A stretch of 64,000 bases of DNA. Origin: the human T2T-CHM13v2.0 reference genome, Homo sapiens. Positions 43,941-58,810 of the stretch are shown one piece after another. Every line of letters starts with the position of its first letter. The first letter of the stretch is position 1. The notes beneath the pieces were generated by a model, which searched no databases, was not told where the DNA came from, and saw only the letters and a list, made by a program, of their open reading frames with translations. Position numbers and translations under genes: made by a program. The stretch lies in NCBI RefSeq assembly GCF_009914755.1, contig NC_060930.1; one strand, written 5' to 3'.

Positions 43941-44879
43941 CTGAAGTCACTGCTGACAGGTTTTTATACATGAAATCCAAACAGACAGAGGGAGTGCAGC
44001 AGGGCCAGAAGAAGAACTGGCAGCAGGAACTGGAAACATTGGGAATGAAACTGGATTTTCTCCTGTTCTCCGGGGTCACCCAGCCTCCCCTTTCCGTTTC
44101 TCTCTGCAAGCCTATGCTATTCTTTTCTCTGCTGAGCAGGGCTCTTTGCTCCTTGGTAAGTCTGTAGCCAAATGCAATGTTCCTGCATCCCCTGAGTGTA
44201 TGTGTCCTCCGTTGAAACTGCAGTTGAAGCTGACTTGTATCTCTGAATCCAGATGCCTAATTCCTGGAATACAGAGTTTGACTGGCCCATCTTGAGTCAG
44301 GTAAATTAACTTTGCTTGGGGAAGCAGGTCATGTAGCTAAATGTGGCTGCTATGTCCCTGGCTTAGGGGGTGGAAGGAGAGGCTAGAAGAAGGAGTTTGC
44401 TAAAAATGGGGGTCACTGGCTGAGAAGGCTGCCCAGTAGGTGTCTTCTTCAAGGAGGGACACAATTTCTCAGTTTTTATTCTTCCTAGTGCCCAGCACAG
44501 TGCCTTACAAACAGTAAGTGCTCAGTGAACAATTGAGGGGTGGTTGAGATGAGAAGAAAATAGCAAAATGCTCTGTATCTGAGGCCCTGTGGCATCATAT
44601 CATTTATCCAGGAGCCCCAGGTGCTGGATGGTTAGGAAGGCCCCTCTTCCCGATCAGTCTACAAATATTGGTCCAGTACCATATGGTAAGTGCCTTCCAT
44701 GCACACCTGCTCCACATATATTTACTATTTTTTTTCTGGGTTTCCAGAATTCTTTGACACCTGTAGCATATTTACTGTAGTTTATTATTATTATTTTTTT
44801 ACACATTGACATTTGGACCCAGTGTTTCAAATGTAAAACTCCTTACCTAGAAAGTTATCAGAAGTTAAATAAAAATACA

Positions 44880-45151
44880 GGCTGGGCTCAGTGACTTTCG
44901 CCTGTAATCCCAGCACTTTCGGAGGCGGGTGGATCGCTTGAGCTCAGGAGTTCAGCCTACGCAAAAACTCCGTCTCTAAAAAAAGTACAAAAATTAGCTG
45001 GGTGTGGTGGCGCATGCCTGTAATCCCAGCTACTCGGGAGGCTGAGGCAGGAGGATTGCTCAAACCCAGGAGGCGGAGGTTGCACTGACCCAGATCAGCC
45101 ACTGCACTCCAGCCTGGGTGACAGAGCGAGATCCTGACTCCAAAAAACAAA
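44880..45151 (+). mobile_element. Alu with left-arm deletions
   Basis: Alu consensus with two short gaps. Confidence 0.9.
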
Positions 45152-45599
45152 GAATACAATGAGCATATTATTTGCTAACAACTAACATTGTTTAAAGATA
45201 AATGTGTCCCCTGTCTCTCAGCTCTTTGGGCACTGTGAATATTTTGTAATTTAGTCTTTAAGCCCCTCCCCCCTGCCCACTTCCACCCGCCCAGCTCCTC
45301 TGGGGCCAGGCCTCTTCCTTTCTGCTCTCACACCACCCCTCTAAACTGGTCTGTCAGTCTGTCCGGTTGTCAGGGCTGACTGGCTGACTTGATAAACTTG
45401 TTCCACCAAAGGCGTTTCCCCCTGAGCAATTCGTTTCTTTCCCAACTCTCTCCCCGCAGACCCTGGAGGATGGTTTGTGTCTTAACAGGAGCATTCCAAA
45501 GACAAAATCTAATGACGCAGTGGTGGCAGGAGTTTTGTTCATGGACACAGGTCAGTGGGGAAGAGCATTTTAATGTAGGGCCTTTCCCAGCAGTCACCA

Positions 45600-45820
45600 A
45601 ATCTTCATAGTAATCCCCACGAGTTAAGCACCTCCATGTGCCAGACACTATGATATGCACTTACAGTGGCACAGCCTCACAAATACCCTAAAAGATGGAC
45701 ATTAGCATCTGCATTTTGCAAATAGGAGCAGAGGGTCACAGAGCTTAAACAATGTTCTTCCTCAAGGCAGCAAAACAAATAAGAACCAGCCCTGAGGTCC
45801 AAACCCGGAGTCTTTTCTTT
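45600..45820 (-). mobile_element. MIR fragment
   Basis: AAGCACCTCCATGTGCCAGACACT..CATTTTGCAAATAGGAG. Confidence 0.55.
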
Positions 45821-46512
45821 CAACCCGTGCAACCTCCCTACCCCTCCTTATATCCCATTGGCCTCTCACCGTGTTCTACGAGACCACAGCCCTTCGAGAG
45901 TAGACATGCATGTCCCCAGCCAGCCCAGAAGGAGATCACAGTAGCTACTTCCAGGTGGCAGAGGAAGGGCCCTGTCAGCCACAGGCCTTCTGCAGTCTCC
46001 CTCCTTGTCTCTCATGGACAGTCCCTGGAGGAACTGCTGCGTCCATGGCCACATCCCAATGTCCCATCTGCAGTTACCAAGAGAAGACTTGCTAAGATGT
46101 TCAGGGAAGAAAGGACATCATTCAGTGCTAGAACAGATTCGCCAACACCACAGCTCTTCTCCTGCCTCTGTGTCTCAACATTCAGACTGAAACTCTGAGT
46201 TCTGCAGCCCAGGAAGAGACTCCAGGAAACTGGGGGCCACTGTGCCTGCAGGCTCGTTTTCAGTCCCACCCCTCAGCCCTCCCAAGAAAATCCATAGAGA
46301 GTATCCTTCAGCATTTGTGACAGGGGAACCAGGGGACCCTCAGAATCAAAAACCCGTGGCCAGGCTGAAACCTCACACTTCACTTTCCCTAGAAATACCT
46401 ACATTGAAAGAAGTTTTGCAAATCAAATCATAAGTATGTTGGAATTAATGATATACTATTAAATCCACTGTGGTGGCAAAGTCTTGGAAAATGAACTTTG
46501 TGTAATTTTTAA

Positions 46513-46827
<315 letters not shown>

Positions 46828-48303
46828 GTCACCTCATTCTCTTTACTTTCTATACCATCCTCTGAATGTTTGAAGGTGAGGCACATTCTCAGGCCAAAAA
46901 TCTTTGCCAAAACCCAAGTTTAAAAAAACTAAGAAAAATTTGGTAAACTGGAATTCCTGACCTTTCCTAAACATCGTCAGCAATGAGTCTCAGCCCTTAT
47001 CTTTCTGCCTGAAGAGCTCAGGGCTCTTCAGGGTCAGGAGTGAGGAAACCGGAAGAGGATGAAGAATGCGGGGTGCTAATGAGATCACTTCTGTCCTGTA
47101 GTTGGAAACCCGGCAAGAGTCAGAAGATCTGGGGCAAGAAATGAACCGAAATCTTCACTGAGTGCAGCAGCCACAAGCTTGATGACAGAGCCTGTGTATT
47201 TCACTCCAAGGCTGCACGTGTCTGTAAGAACGGGCCTCGCCCATCTTATGCAATTTGCATAGGAATCTGAGGAATATCAGCAACTCTATACAATAACTAA
47301 ACAAATTTTTTTCAGAGTAAAAATTTGTTATGGAGCTTAAATAAAGACTGACAAAACATTGCATTCCTTTTTCCTTGAGCTTCTTTCAGACTAGCGGGCA
47401 TCAGAATGTATAATAATGGAGCTCTCTTTGGAAAATGGTGACAAGGCTAAGGTTTCTGATTATAGCTACAAATGCTTTAAATAGCGATCATAATTAATTA
47501 TTAAGAGACGTAGTCTTCCTTTACACATAGAAGACTAAAACCTTAAGGAAAAAATAGGAGATGTCGGTACATGATCTCTTCTAAGGCACTAGAGCTTTAC
47601 GTGGGATTAATGTCGGTCAGCGTTTTAGGAATGGAGATGTCACTTTTGAGGAAGTGTCTCCAGGAGGTGTACTTGCCCTCACAAAGTCATGATGAAGGAA
47701 ATGCTGTGCTTTTCTTTGAACTGGTGCTACCCAATGCTGGGGGAAGAGGAGGAAGATCAGACACTTGCTCCGTGTATCTCCTCTCTGTGGTTTGCAGAAG
47801 ACATGTGCCAGACACAGGAGAAACTGTCTCCTCATTAGCAGAGACACTAAAGGGTCTAGACGGTGCCCAACGGGGGTGGCATGTGGTATATAAAGGGGTG
47901 AAGAAAGGAATGCAGCTTGCTAGATTCATTTCCCTTTTCGATTTTCGGCAGGCTGACTCTCATTTCCCCAAAGGACATGCAGAGTTGGCATGGAGGCTCC
48001 CGGCCTGGCCGGCCCCTGGCAGGAGCTGTGGACAAAACTCTGAGATTTGGGGCTAAATGTTCAGAAACAGCAAATGCTGATAACTCCTCCAGACCTGCTG
48101 GCATTCTGCCTCCTGGCCACTCACTCCAACAGCGTGGGAGGACCGGGTAGGGGACAGACTGAGGGAAGCCTGTGCAGGCATTCATGTGTGCAGAAGTACT
48201 GGTTTGCACACGCATCTGTGTGTGGCTGTGTAGGCTGTGCTGTGTTAGCAAGAAGAAAGAAGATCACGGAGAGCATTCAGACGCCCTTCAGCTGGACATT
48301 CAG

Positions 48304-48335
48304 CTTTTTCTTCTTCTTCTTTTTCTTCTTCTTCT

Positions 48336-48367
<32 letters not shown>

Positions 48368-48380
48368 TTTTTTTTTTTTT
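48304..48380. repeat. Interrupted (TTC)n/(GAA)n repeat plus T22
   Basis: 77-bp pure pyrimidine tract. Confidence 0.97.
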
Positions 48381-49441
48381 GCCTGCTTGGCTGCAAAAGT
48401 CCAGAGGAAGTGAATCCACACTTGCTGATGACCTCATTTCCACCGCTTCCCAGCAACCCCGCCAGCCTCTCAGGGGGAGGCTTATTCAGCCAGCCACTGG
48501 GGACTGCAGGGAATGGAGACTGGGGAGAGCAGGCCTGCAGCTGCACCCCAATTCCACTCCACCAACCCCTACTCCCACCTCTCCCATCACGGGTTGCAGC
48601 TGGCCTCGTCATTCTTAAGAAAAGGGACTCAGGTGATAGTCAGACCGAGTGATGAGGGGTCTAAGCAGACAGGATCCAGCCGACAGGCCGTGGTTGTAAG
48701 TTCTGTGCAGAGAGACTGGACTGTGACAGGAACAAGTTTCCTGTGAGCATGCCATGGAAATTAGTCACCCAACAGAATCAGCAAAACATCTATTATTGAT
48801 GATATTTGCCAAACTGGAGACAAATTGAGTGCTTTGTCCTGAACCAGGGATGATGATATGTGACTTTTATTAAATCAATAGATCAATTTAAAGCCAATAA
48901 GTGAACTTCCAGAGATTGATCAAAGCCATGGATAACCCAGGGAGCTGAAAGGTCAACTCCCCACGAAACAGCAGCTTGTGAACAGCGGAGACAGCCTGTG
49001 ACTTTGCAGAAAGTTAAACACCACATTCTTTTCCTTTCTCCTCTTATTCCTTCAGTTTCAGAGAAAAGTAGAAACACGCTGTATTGTGCAGCTATGTATG
49101 TGGCACGTGCATTGTTTAAAAATGTCATAGGCACTGCTGGACCCTGGGGAGAGAAACTCTGTGACGTTCAAGTGCTTTACACCAACAAGGCCCCTCCAGG
49201 CACATTCCCACGTCCTTCAATATTCATATTTGTAATTTGTCGCCCTTATACAGATTAGAAAGTTGAGGTTCCTGGAGGGGCTAAGTGACCATGCTTGAAA
49301 TGGGAGGGAGAAACGTGAAGCACAGATGTGGGTATGATTCACAAACTTGCTGCCAAGGAAGGCCACAGTGTTGCACACAGGCAGGAGTTCCCCGCGGGCC
49401 TGCACTGGATCGGAAGCTGCAGACTTAGAATCGCCTCCGGG

Positions 49442-49490
49442 TTGGCCCCGCCCCCTCCTGCTTGGCCCCGCCCCCTCCTGCTCCCCGCCC
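49442..49490. promoter_or_regulatory. GC-box cluster (Sp/KLF motifs) from a perfect 20-bp tandem duplication
   Basis: TTGGCCCCGCCCCCTCCTGC x2 plus a third CCCCGCCC. Confidence 0.5.
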
Positions 49491-49546
49491 GGTGCCACCC
49501 TCCTCCCCAGGCCTCTAGGGTAGAGCCAGCTGGGAACTGTTTCTCT

Positions 49547-50140
49547 ACATACACACAGCACTTGTGTGCACACACACAGAAACACATGCTCACACACACA
49601 CAGACACACACACGCGCACACGCAAACACATAAACACACACTCCTACACATCACACACTTGCATGCATCATCACACACTCCCATAATCTCACACACACAC
49701 ACTCACACACACAAAACCACATAAAAACACACATACACACTCACACCCACAAAACCACATAAAAACACACATACACACTCTCACGCACAAAATCACATTC
49801 ACACACCATAGATATACCCACTAACACACACACAAATACATAACTACATACACACAATCACACATTCACAGACATCATCACACACATACAGACTAACATA
49901 TACATAAACACGCATAAACACACACATAAAAACATAACACACGCACATAAACATACACACAGAGACACTCATGCACAGACACATAAACACACACTCACAG
50001 ACATACACACACAAAAACACACACAGAGACACCCTCATACACTCACACACATAAACACACAAAGACACTCATGCACTCTCACAGTAAACACTCCCACACA
50101 CAGACACTCACGAACACACTCTGTCACACACAGAGAACAC
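49547..50140. repeat. Degenerate (CA)n low-complexity tract
   Basis: ~600 bp of interrupted CA. Confidence 0.95.
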
Positions 50141-50348
50141 AGGGCCATCCCAGCAGCACTCAGTGAAGACTGCGGGGCTGCATCCCGCTCCTCACGCTCA
50201 CCCCATCCCGCCCTCCTGCGCAGCAGGCTCAGGTCACAATGCAGAGATTGAAAAACGCCATTTTCATGTGAACATTCAGAGAGGAACAGAGAATGTTAGT
50301 ACAGGACACACAGTGGCAATACTGAAATGAGAAAAAGTACTAGATTCT

Positions 50349-50718
<370 letters not shown>

Positions 50719-50802
50719 TTAAAGGAAAAGACATTGCTTGAGGGAGCTTGGTAAGAGTGGCGACCAATCGTGAAGAAGAAAAGGAAATACCATGACAGCT
50801 TC

Positions 50803-51152
<350 letters not shown>

Positions 51153-52767
51153 TTACCAAGTACAAACTGTGCTCTGAAAACTTAAAGGCTTTTTTGATAG
51201 TGTTATGGAACTCACAGATCAAGGGCACAATGTCGATATTCTATTTCATGCTTGTTCGGCAGGGCCTCTCCTATGGGGCCTTGTGGGGCTCTCTTTGCAC
51301 AGTTAGCTCACGTTGGCTTGGGTGCATCTCAGGCTGGTGGATCAGGCCCTCAGGTGAGAGGAGGCCACGTGGGTGCTGATCACGCAGACAGTGTGAGTCC
51401 TGGTGTCCTGAAGAGATGGCTCCAGGGGCACTGCAGGGTCTGCGTTTGAAACTGTCTACTGTAGAGAAAGATCAAATCCCGATCAGGCAGCACCAACTTT
51501 CAGTCAGTCCACCGTGAAGGTCGCACATTTAACAAACTGAAAAATTAACATTTTTAACTGGGCACTCATTGTGTCAAGTAACACTTCATCAAGCTTCGTG
51601 TTTAGAAAAAAAGTTGTTCAATTAACACTTTACCGAACTCCTTGTGTATAAATAAGAAGTTGTTAAAGGACTCAGAGCCGGAACCCACAAAGCCTACATT
51701 CAAATAAGGTACCGAAAACAAGAATTACAGAAACAGAAGAAACATATTCTTTATGGCTGTTCAGAAATGTCAAGGAGTCGCTAAAATAGCTGGGGTGATG
51801 TGGAGGCCTCAAGACAATTTGAATCAAAAGCCTCTTCAAGGAGTGTGAAGAAGAGTGGGAGGGATGTGAGTTTGTGTCCAGGAGAAAGGAGGGAATGCCA
51901 AACAGAACATCTCGCATGAAGCAAGCTGAGAGGCAAGAGTGGCAAGTGCCCCGTGACAGGACGAGTTTGGGGAGAAGACAGAAGAGCCAGCTTGGACTTC
52001 ATCTGCACCTTAGGTGGGAAGGGACTCCAGTGGAGAGCTGTGGAGGTCTGGGCCAAGAGCTGCAGGTTTTATTTGAATGGAAATGACAGACATTGAGACT
52101 TCCAAGGAAAATGGTCCAAGGGCCAGGGAAGTTCTGCGGACACAGGATGAGGGAGGGCGTCACCTTCGGAAGTTCTGGAAGTGGAATCACCTGCTGTGCG
52201 AATGGGAGATGGAAACAGGTGACGGGAAGCCGCTTCACCGGCGGGTCAGAGACGGGCTGAATCCTGGGGACAAAAGAAACTCTCAGATAGCCCAGAAGTT
52301 ATTAGTCCAGGCTTCAGGGGTGGCAGGAGTCTGGTAATAGAGACACAGAGAAAAGATGGGTGCACGAGAGCAGCCTAATGCGGATCTTGGATTTAGATGT
52401 GTATAGCTTGAAATGTGAGTGGATTTCTAAGTGGAGATTTCCTACCCCCGCCCCCCTGCCAAAAAAGTTATAAATTACGGCTGGGCTCAGTGTAGGTGAG
52501 TACAGTAGAAACCATGGCCTTGGAAGTACCAGGCTCTGGCACTGCGTTTGCCCTCACACTGTGGCAGAAGAGACTTGGGTGCCCAAGACACAGCTTCGAC
52601 AGCTGTGGAAGCCCAGCCTGGGGGCTTGCCTAGCCCACAAGTAGGAAGATCCGTGGTCGATCCAATTCAGTGGAAGAATGCTGATTATTGCATTGATCCT
52701 TACTGTCAGAGGTCACCAGTAGAATTCCACTGGATTCTTGCTCTTGTCCTACAGGACAATTTTTGTT

Positions 52768-52772
52768 AAAAA

Positions 52773-52823
<51 letters not shown>
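52768..52823. repeat. A-run plus (AT)21 microsatellite
   Basis: Direct reading. Confidence 0.95.
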
Positions 52824-52826
<3 letters not shown>

Positions 52827-52856
52827 TCTTTATGCTCCCTTCTCTCTCTCTCTCTC

Positions 52857-53141
52857 TTTTTGAGACAAGGTCTCACTCTGTTGTCCAGGCTGGAGTGCAA
52901 CGGCACCATCTCAGCTCACTGCAGCCTCAAACTCCTGGGTCAAGTGATCCTCCCACCTCAGCCTCCCAAGTAGCTGGGACTACAGGTGTTCACCACCACA
53001 CCCGGCTAATTTTTTAGATTTTTATAGAGACAGGGTCTCCCTGTGTTGCCCAGGCTGTTCTTGAACTCTTGGGCTCAAGCGATCTTTCCACCTCGGCCTC
53101 CCAAAGTGCTGGGATTATACACATGAGCCACCACACCCAGC
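52857..53141 (-). mobile_element. AluJ
   Basis: Reverse-complement Alu preceded by (TC)n. Confidence 0.93.
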
Positions 53142-53144
53142 TTC

Positions 53145-54340
53145 TTTTTATTTTTAATAATTTTGGAGGGAATAGTCTTAGATATACAGAATAATCATGA
53201 ACATTCTACATTTGTTGTCATGTTTCCTTAGTCTCCCCTGCTCTGTGACTTCTCATCTTGTTTTTGGTGACCTTGACAATCTTGAGCACTACTGGTCAGT
53301 TACTGTGTAGAATGTCCCTCGACTTGTTTTTCTTTTCTGATGTTTTTCTCATGAATAGACTGCAGTTAATGGGTTTGGGAGGAAGATGCAGAGGTAAAGT
53401 GTCATTCTTGTCACGTCACACCAAGGGTACATGCTCTCTGTGTGGTTGGCCACTGATGACATCGGCCTTGGTCCTCTAGCTGAGGAAGTGTTTGCCAGGT
53501 TTGTCCAGAGTAGCTACTTTTTTCCTCCTCCCTACGCTATCTTTGGAAACATGTCACTAAGTCCAGCCACCCTCAGGGCACAGGTAGGGTGGTGGGTGAA
53601 ATCACACTCCACAACTTGGACGGGAAATATCTATGTAAATAATTTGGAATTCTATTATAAGAAATATGTGTTCCTTCTCTCCCATTTATTTATTCAATCA
53701 TGTATTTATGTCAATGTGAGCTCATATATTTGCTGTATTCTTTACGTTATGACACAGTACTATGTTAGTTTCTTTTTTGCTCAAATTCTTACAGCGTTGG
53801 CCATGGGGAGATTTTTCAGGTTGGCTCTTGCGCCCCTCTGACATGCCCCATCCTCGTGTTATTCAAGGGCTTTCTTGCTTTTTGCCACTTCAAGATCCTG
53901 CAGGCTCATCCTGTATTTTCCCTGACCCAGCCCTAGAATGAGCCGTTTCTCCAAAGAGCCCTGGTTCCCCTCACTGGAGAATTGTGTTTGGAAACCAAGA
54001 TGTGGGCTCAAGATGTGCTTGAGGCGGCTGCACTTCCTTGCTTCTAGGCCCTCTTGGCAGACAGAGCTAGACATCGATTCTGCACACCCATTGGTGTATA
54101 CACACGGCTTCAATTATTTGTGTATTCGTCTCCTGGCATCTATACTAAGATACACTTGAGTTCACACCGATGTCTCTGACTTCAATCCAGCAGCCTCTCC
54201 CCTTCTGCATCTGCAACTTCCCTCTCCAGCGGGAAGAAAGCTGGCTTCCAGCATCTGCCACTCATTTACTTCTTTGCTTGACCTCAGTGTATATGTCAAG
54301 CTGACACAGAATTGCTAACCTGTACCCCATTGAGAACTTT
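53145..54340 (-). mobile_element. Old L1M (MC/MD) 3' UTR fragment
   Basis: GACCTTGACA..TACTGGTCAG..TGTAGAATGTCCCTC; GCCGTTTCTCCAAAGAGCCCTGGTTCC. Confidence 0.75.
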
Positions 54341-54714
54341 CATCTGTGCTCTTGACACCCAAAATGTTCACATGTAAAAGCGTGAAGGCAGCATAAAGGC
54401 ACATGAAAGAATCAAGATTCAAAAGGATTCCAGCGATCAACTAGAATAATGAATCCAAGTAAAAATGCCAATAAACACAAGACGCAAGCGTTCAAAAATA
54501 ACTAAATGGCACAGGCAGAAAAGAATAGAGACCAAGTGAGAGGGGGAGAAGGGTGGAGGAATTTTTTTGACCCCAAGCTCAAGGTATGAGTTACTGCTAA
54601 AGACAGCCAAGGGATATGAGTCTGCAGTGATGAAAATAGGATATTCCAGTAAAAGAAAGAAAATGCCCCACTGGCCTGTGCACAGGTCAGACAACATCTC
54701 TACCGATGCATTTA

Positions 54715-55072
<358 letters not shown>

Positions 55073-56399
55073 GAAAGGGTGTGTAGGAGAGAGAGAAGAG
55101 CTGTACAGGAGGGACAGGACCACACTCTCAAAAGACTAGCAGTGGTGAGATGTACCCTACCCCACTCCAGAGGACAGAACTGAGACCAGCGAGCCTAAAG
55201 GTCACTCCCTCCCTGATGGGGCTGAGCAAGGATGTGGCAACTGACCAGTCCCATACACTCCTGATTTGGGGGACAGCCCACTGTCTGCACAATTAAGATC
55301 CACAAGACCAGAGGGCAACACTAGGAGTCATACCCTAGAGAAAGCTTCAAGAAAAAGCTACAGAAGACAGTCCATCGGGGTGGTGAATGACAAAGTTTCA
55401 GTGAAAATGCAAATGAAGTGAGGAACCAAAATAAGGCAGGTCAAGGGACTAGGAAAGCTGAGATCAAAGGTCAGGGGGAGAAGTGGCCGGGAGGAGATGC
55501 CTGAGGATAAAAATCCCACCTTCTGTTCAATGCCAGCTATTGTTTGCCGGCAAGCTGTGTCTGCTTGAAGGGTACAGAGCAAAATGAGCATAATGAGGAT
55601 GACGAGAAGACAGAGCTTGTTTGATTAGAAGATAAATTTCCTAACAATTACAGTTGTCAAAAAATAAAATCTAACCCCTATCCAGAGAGAGTTTCAAACA
55701 GAGTGGGACAGGCAACACTAGCAGTGGTGACTGCCAAAGACCATCTAGTGCAGACATGGCGTGACTGTTAGAGATCAGCACGTCCTGGCCGGAGGCACTC
55801 TGGGCTCTGTTGGGTTTGGAGGACAACTAAACCAGGGTGAACAGAGAGGGTCCCCAAGGAAGTAAATGATAATACAGATTCAAGATGCCTGGGATGAAAT
55901 AGCTCAGATGCCATACGACACTGGAAACATGTATGATTTGACTTGGCATTAGAAATTGCTTTTGTTCTTTCTTTGACATACATATTTTTAATTTAAAAAG
56001 ATAACCTCAGCTCTCTGGGCTCGAACCTAGTTGGCCGTAACATGGTTGAATGCACCAAGAGAGTTGGAATCGTTGATAAATACGGAACCCGCTAGAGTGC
56101 CTCCCTCTGGAAAACGGTGAAGAAAATCAAAATCAGCCAGCACGTCAAGTATACTTGCTCTTTCCATGATAAAATTGAGGTGAAGAGATGAGCTGTGGGG
56201 ATCTGCACTGTGGTTGCTGCATGAAGACAGTAGCTGGCAGTGCCTGGACCTCTAACACCACTTCTGCTCTCACAAGAAAGTCCACCATCAGACAACTAAA
56301 GGATTAAAAGACCAGTAGACACTCCTCTCCTCTTTGAGACATCGCTAGCCTACAATAAATGGGTTAATTTATGTTAAAAAAATAAATAAATAAATAACC

Positions 56400-56740
56400 A
56401 GCTGGGCACGGTGGCTCACGCCTATAATCCTAGCACTTTGGGAGGCTGAGACTAGCGGATCACCTGAGGTCAGGAGTTCAAGACCAGCCTGGCCAAAATG
56501 GTGAAACTAAAATACACTAAAACTGTATTTTGTATTTTTGTACTAAAAACACAAAAAATTAGCTGAGCATGGTGGTGTGCACCTGTAATCTCAGCGACTC
56601 GGCAGGTTGAGGCAGGAGAATTGCTTGAAACCGGGGGAAGAAGTTGCAGTGAGCTGAGATGGAGCCATTGCACTCTAGCCTGGGCAACAAGAGTGAAACT
56701 CCATCTCAAAAAACAAACAAACAACAAAAATAAAAACCTT
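56400..56740 (+). mobile_element. AluS (Sq-like) with rearranged linker
   Basis: Alu dimer with a 33-bp non-consensus insert at 56508-56540. Confidence 0.94.
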
Positions 56741-56784
56741 ATAAAAACCCACACACTAAGTTGAGGCCAGGAGTCCAGAATTCT

Positions 56785-57103
56785 TTTTACGTATTATGTT
56801 TTTATTTTTTATTTTGAGAGACAGGCCTTGCTGTGTCACCCAGGCTGGATGGCAGTGGCACCGTCATAGCTCACTGCAGCCAGGAACTCCTTGCCTCGAG
56901 CGTTCCTCCCACCTCAGCCTCCTGAGTAGCTAGGACTACAGGTGTGCGACACCATGCCCAGTTAATTTTTTTTTTTATTTTTGTAGAGCCAGGTTCTCAC
57001 TATATTGCCCAGGCTGGTGTTTCAAACTCCTGGCCTTGAGCGATCCTCCCACCTCGACCTCCCAAAGTGTCAGGATTATAGGCATGAGCCACCTCGCCCG
57101 ATT
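56785..57103 (-). mobile_element. AluJ inserted into a MIR
   Basis: Perfect 16-bp TSD AGGAGTCCAGAATTCT at 56769-56784 and 57104-57119; MIR-like sequence continues to ~57260. Confidence 0.94.
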
Positions 57104-58599
57104 AGGAGTCCAGAATTCTAATCCTGATTCAGGCATAGGCTTCTTGTGAGATCTCAGGCCAATTACTTGCTTCTCTAAACCTTGACTTCTCGAGCCATAA
57201 ACTAAAGGGATTGGACCAGGAGATTTCTAAGGTCTCATCTAGTTTTGAAATTGTGTGAGAAGACAGTCCGCCACCCAAGACAAGACTGCATAGTGTCACT
57301 TTCCTAGAATGTAATGGAGCCCCTTTTCCAACCCTGGCTATAGTTCCTTAAATATCTTTTTTAGCAAAAGGAAAATGGATTGAAAAACACAAGACAGCCG
57401 TCTACATCTGACTCCCCACCAGGGACAGAGTTCAAATAGCGATGAGGAGAAAAAATATGAATGGATTCAAAGTTTACAAATAAAGGAGCCAAAAAAGTCA
57501 CCTTAGATCTCTCACAGTCCTTCACAGTGGGTGCCATAGAGAGGCCGGGATGGACGAGAGGTGAGACTAGACATGATGTCAGCGTGCGTTTAGAAAGGAA
57601 CGTGGCACACAGGCTGGCGCTATTTTGGCTTGCACGTGGAGAGACATCCTGTCACGAGATATTATATTCTGTGTGGGCACCTCCAAGTGCAGGAACCAGA
57701 AGGACTCCCGAGGGGTGACAAAAGGACAGAAAGCCAAGAACCAGCACCAGAGCTGACGTATGAGCAGGGTGAGCCCAAGCCTGGCACCTCAGAGGCGTAC
57801 AGCCAGAATAAGTAACTCAGAATGAACAGTGGACGGGAGCGACTGGCAGGTGAGGAAATGCTTGATTTGTGAAATGTGAATACACGTACGTCCAGGGTGA
57901 GACCAGCCCGGTCAACAGATACACATTAGTCATAGGGAAACTGTAAGGCCAACTCCTGGACCAAGATTCTGAGCAAAAGATTTTAGATAAAAGTAAATGT
58001 ATCCAGAATCACAAACAGAAAGTGCACACTGGTTACCGGGGAATGGTGAGATGATTTGCCAGAAGGATTACCAAGAGCACCATCAAAAACCATTCCATTT
58101 GCACGTGGTGGGAATAATCCTTCTCAAACCAGGAGCTTGGCCAGAGCTGCTTTGTGGTCCTTCCTGGTCTCCATAGGCCTATGCACGTCTCTAGAGTTGA
58201 CCAACTGTGTGGTCAGGCTGTGGCAATGAGCAAGGAGGTGTTGGTGACTTGAAGAGCTCCTTCCTGACCTTGCAACTCTAGCATGTGGGGAAGGAATGAA
58301 AGAAAAGGCTTAGGTTTGGGAAAATTTGATCATTCTGTTAGTCTGTCGGCAAACTTCTTGAGCTTCTAAGGTGGACAAAATACTGAATTAATGAAGGGGT
58401 TGGAAAAAGAAAAGGAATGTTCTTTTGAAGCTCAAATCACAATATAATTAGTAACTGTAATAACTGTTAAAATAACAAAACAAAGAGATGTACAGAACTG
58501 ATTTGCAAACATGATACATGCTTATTGGACATTCTGGGGTGCCCAGGGTGAGTTCAAACACAATGGAAGAGTTTTCCTTGGGAAGGAGTTTGGAAGGCT

Positions 58600-58810
58600 G
58601 AGGGTGGAAGCAGGCCTTTGTCAAGCACCTTGCAAGACCAGATGTCCTGTGTGTGGTCTTCTGTAACCCCAGGAGTCCTGGAAGCAAGGTAAGTAGGGTC
58701 AGTCCTGCTTTGCAGATGAGGGAACAGCCTCAGAGAAGTTAGCCACTTGCTCGCATTACAGCTAACGAGTGAAGGGGCACAGATTCAAATCCAGACTGGC
58801 TTCCCTGGGC
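58600..58810 (-). mobile_element. MIR fragment
   Basis: TTTGCAGATGAGGGAACAGCCTCAGAGAAGTTAGCCACTTGC..GATTCAAATCCAG. Confidence 0.65.

Noticed and set aside
48047-48652. ORFs with poly-Phe, poly-Leu or poly-Lys
   Set aside because: Produced by the TTC/T repeat
49217-50068. Cys/Val-rich minus-strand ORFs
   Set aside because: Translation of the degenerate (TG)n tract
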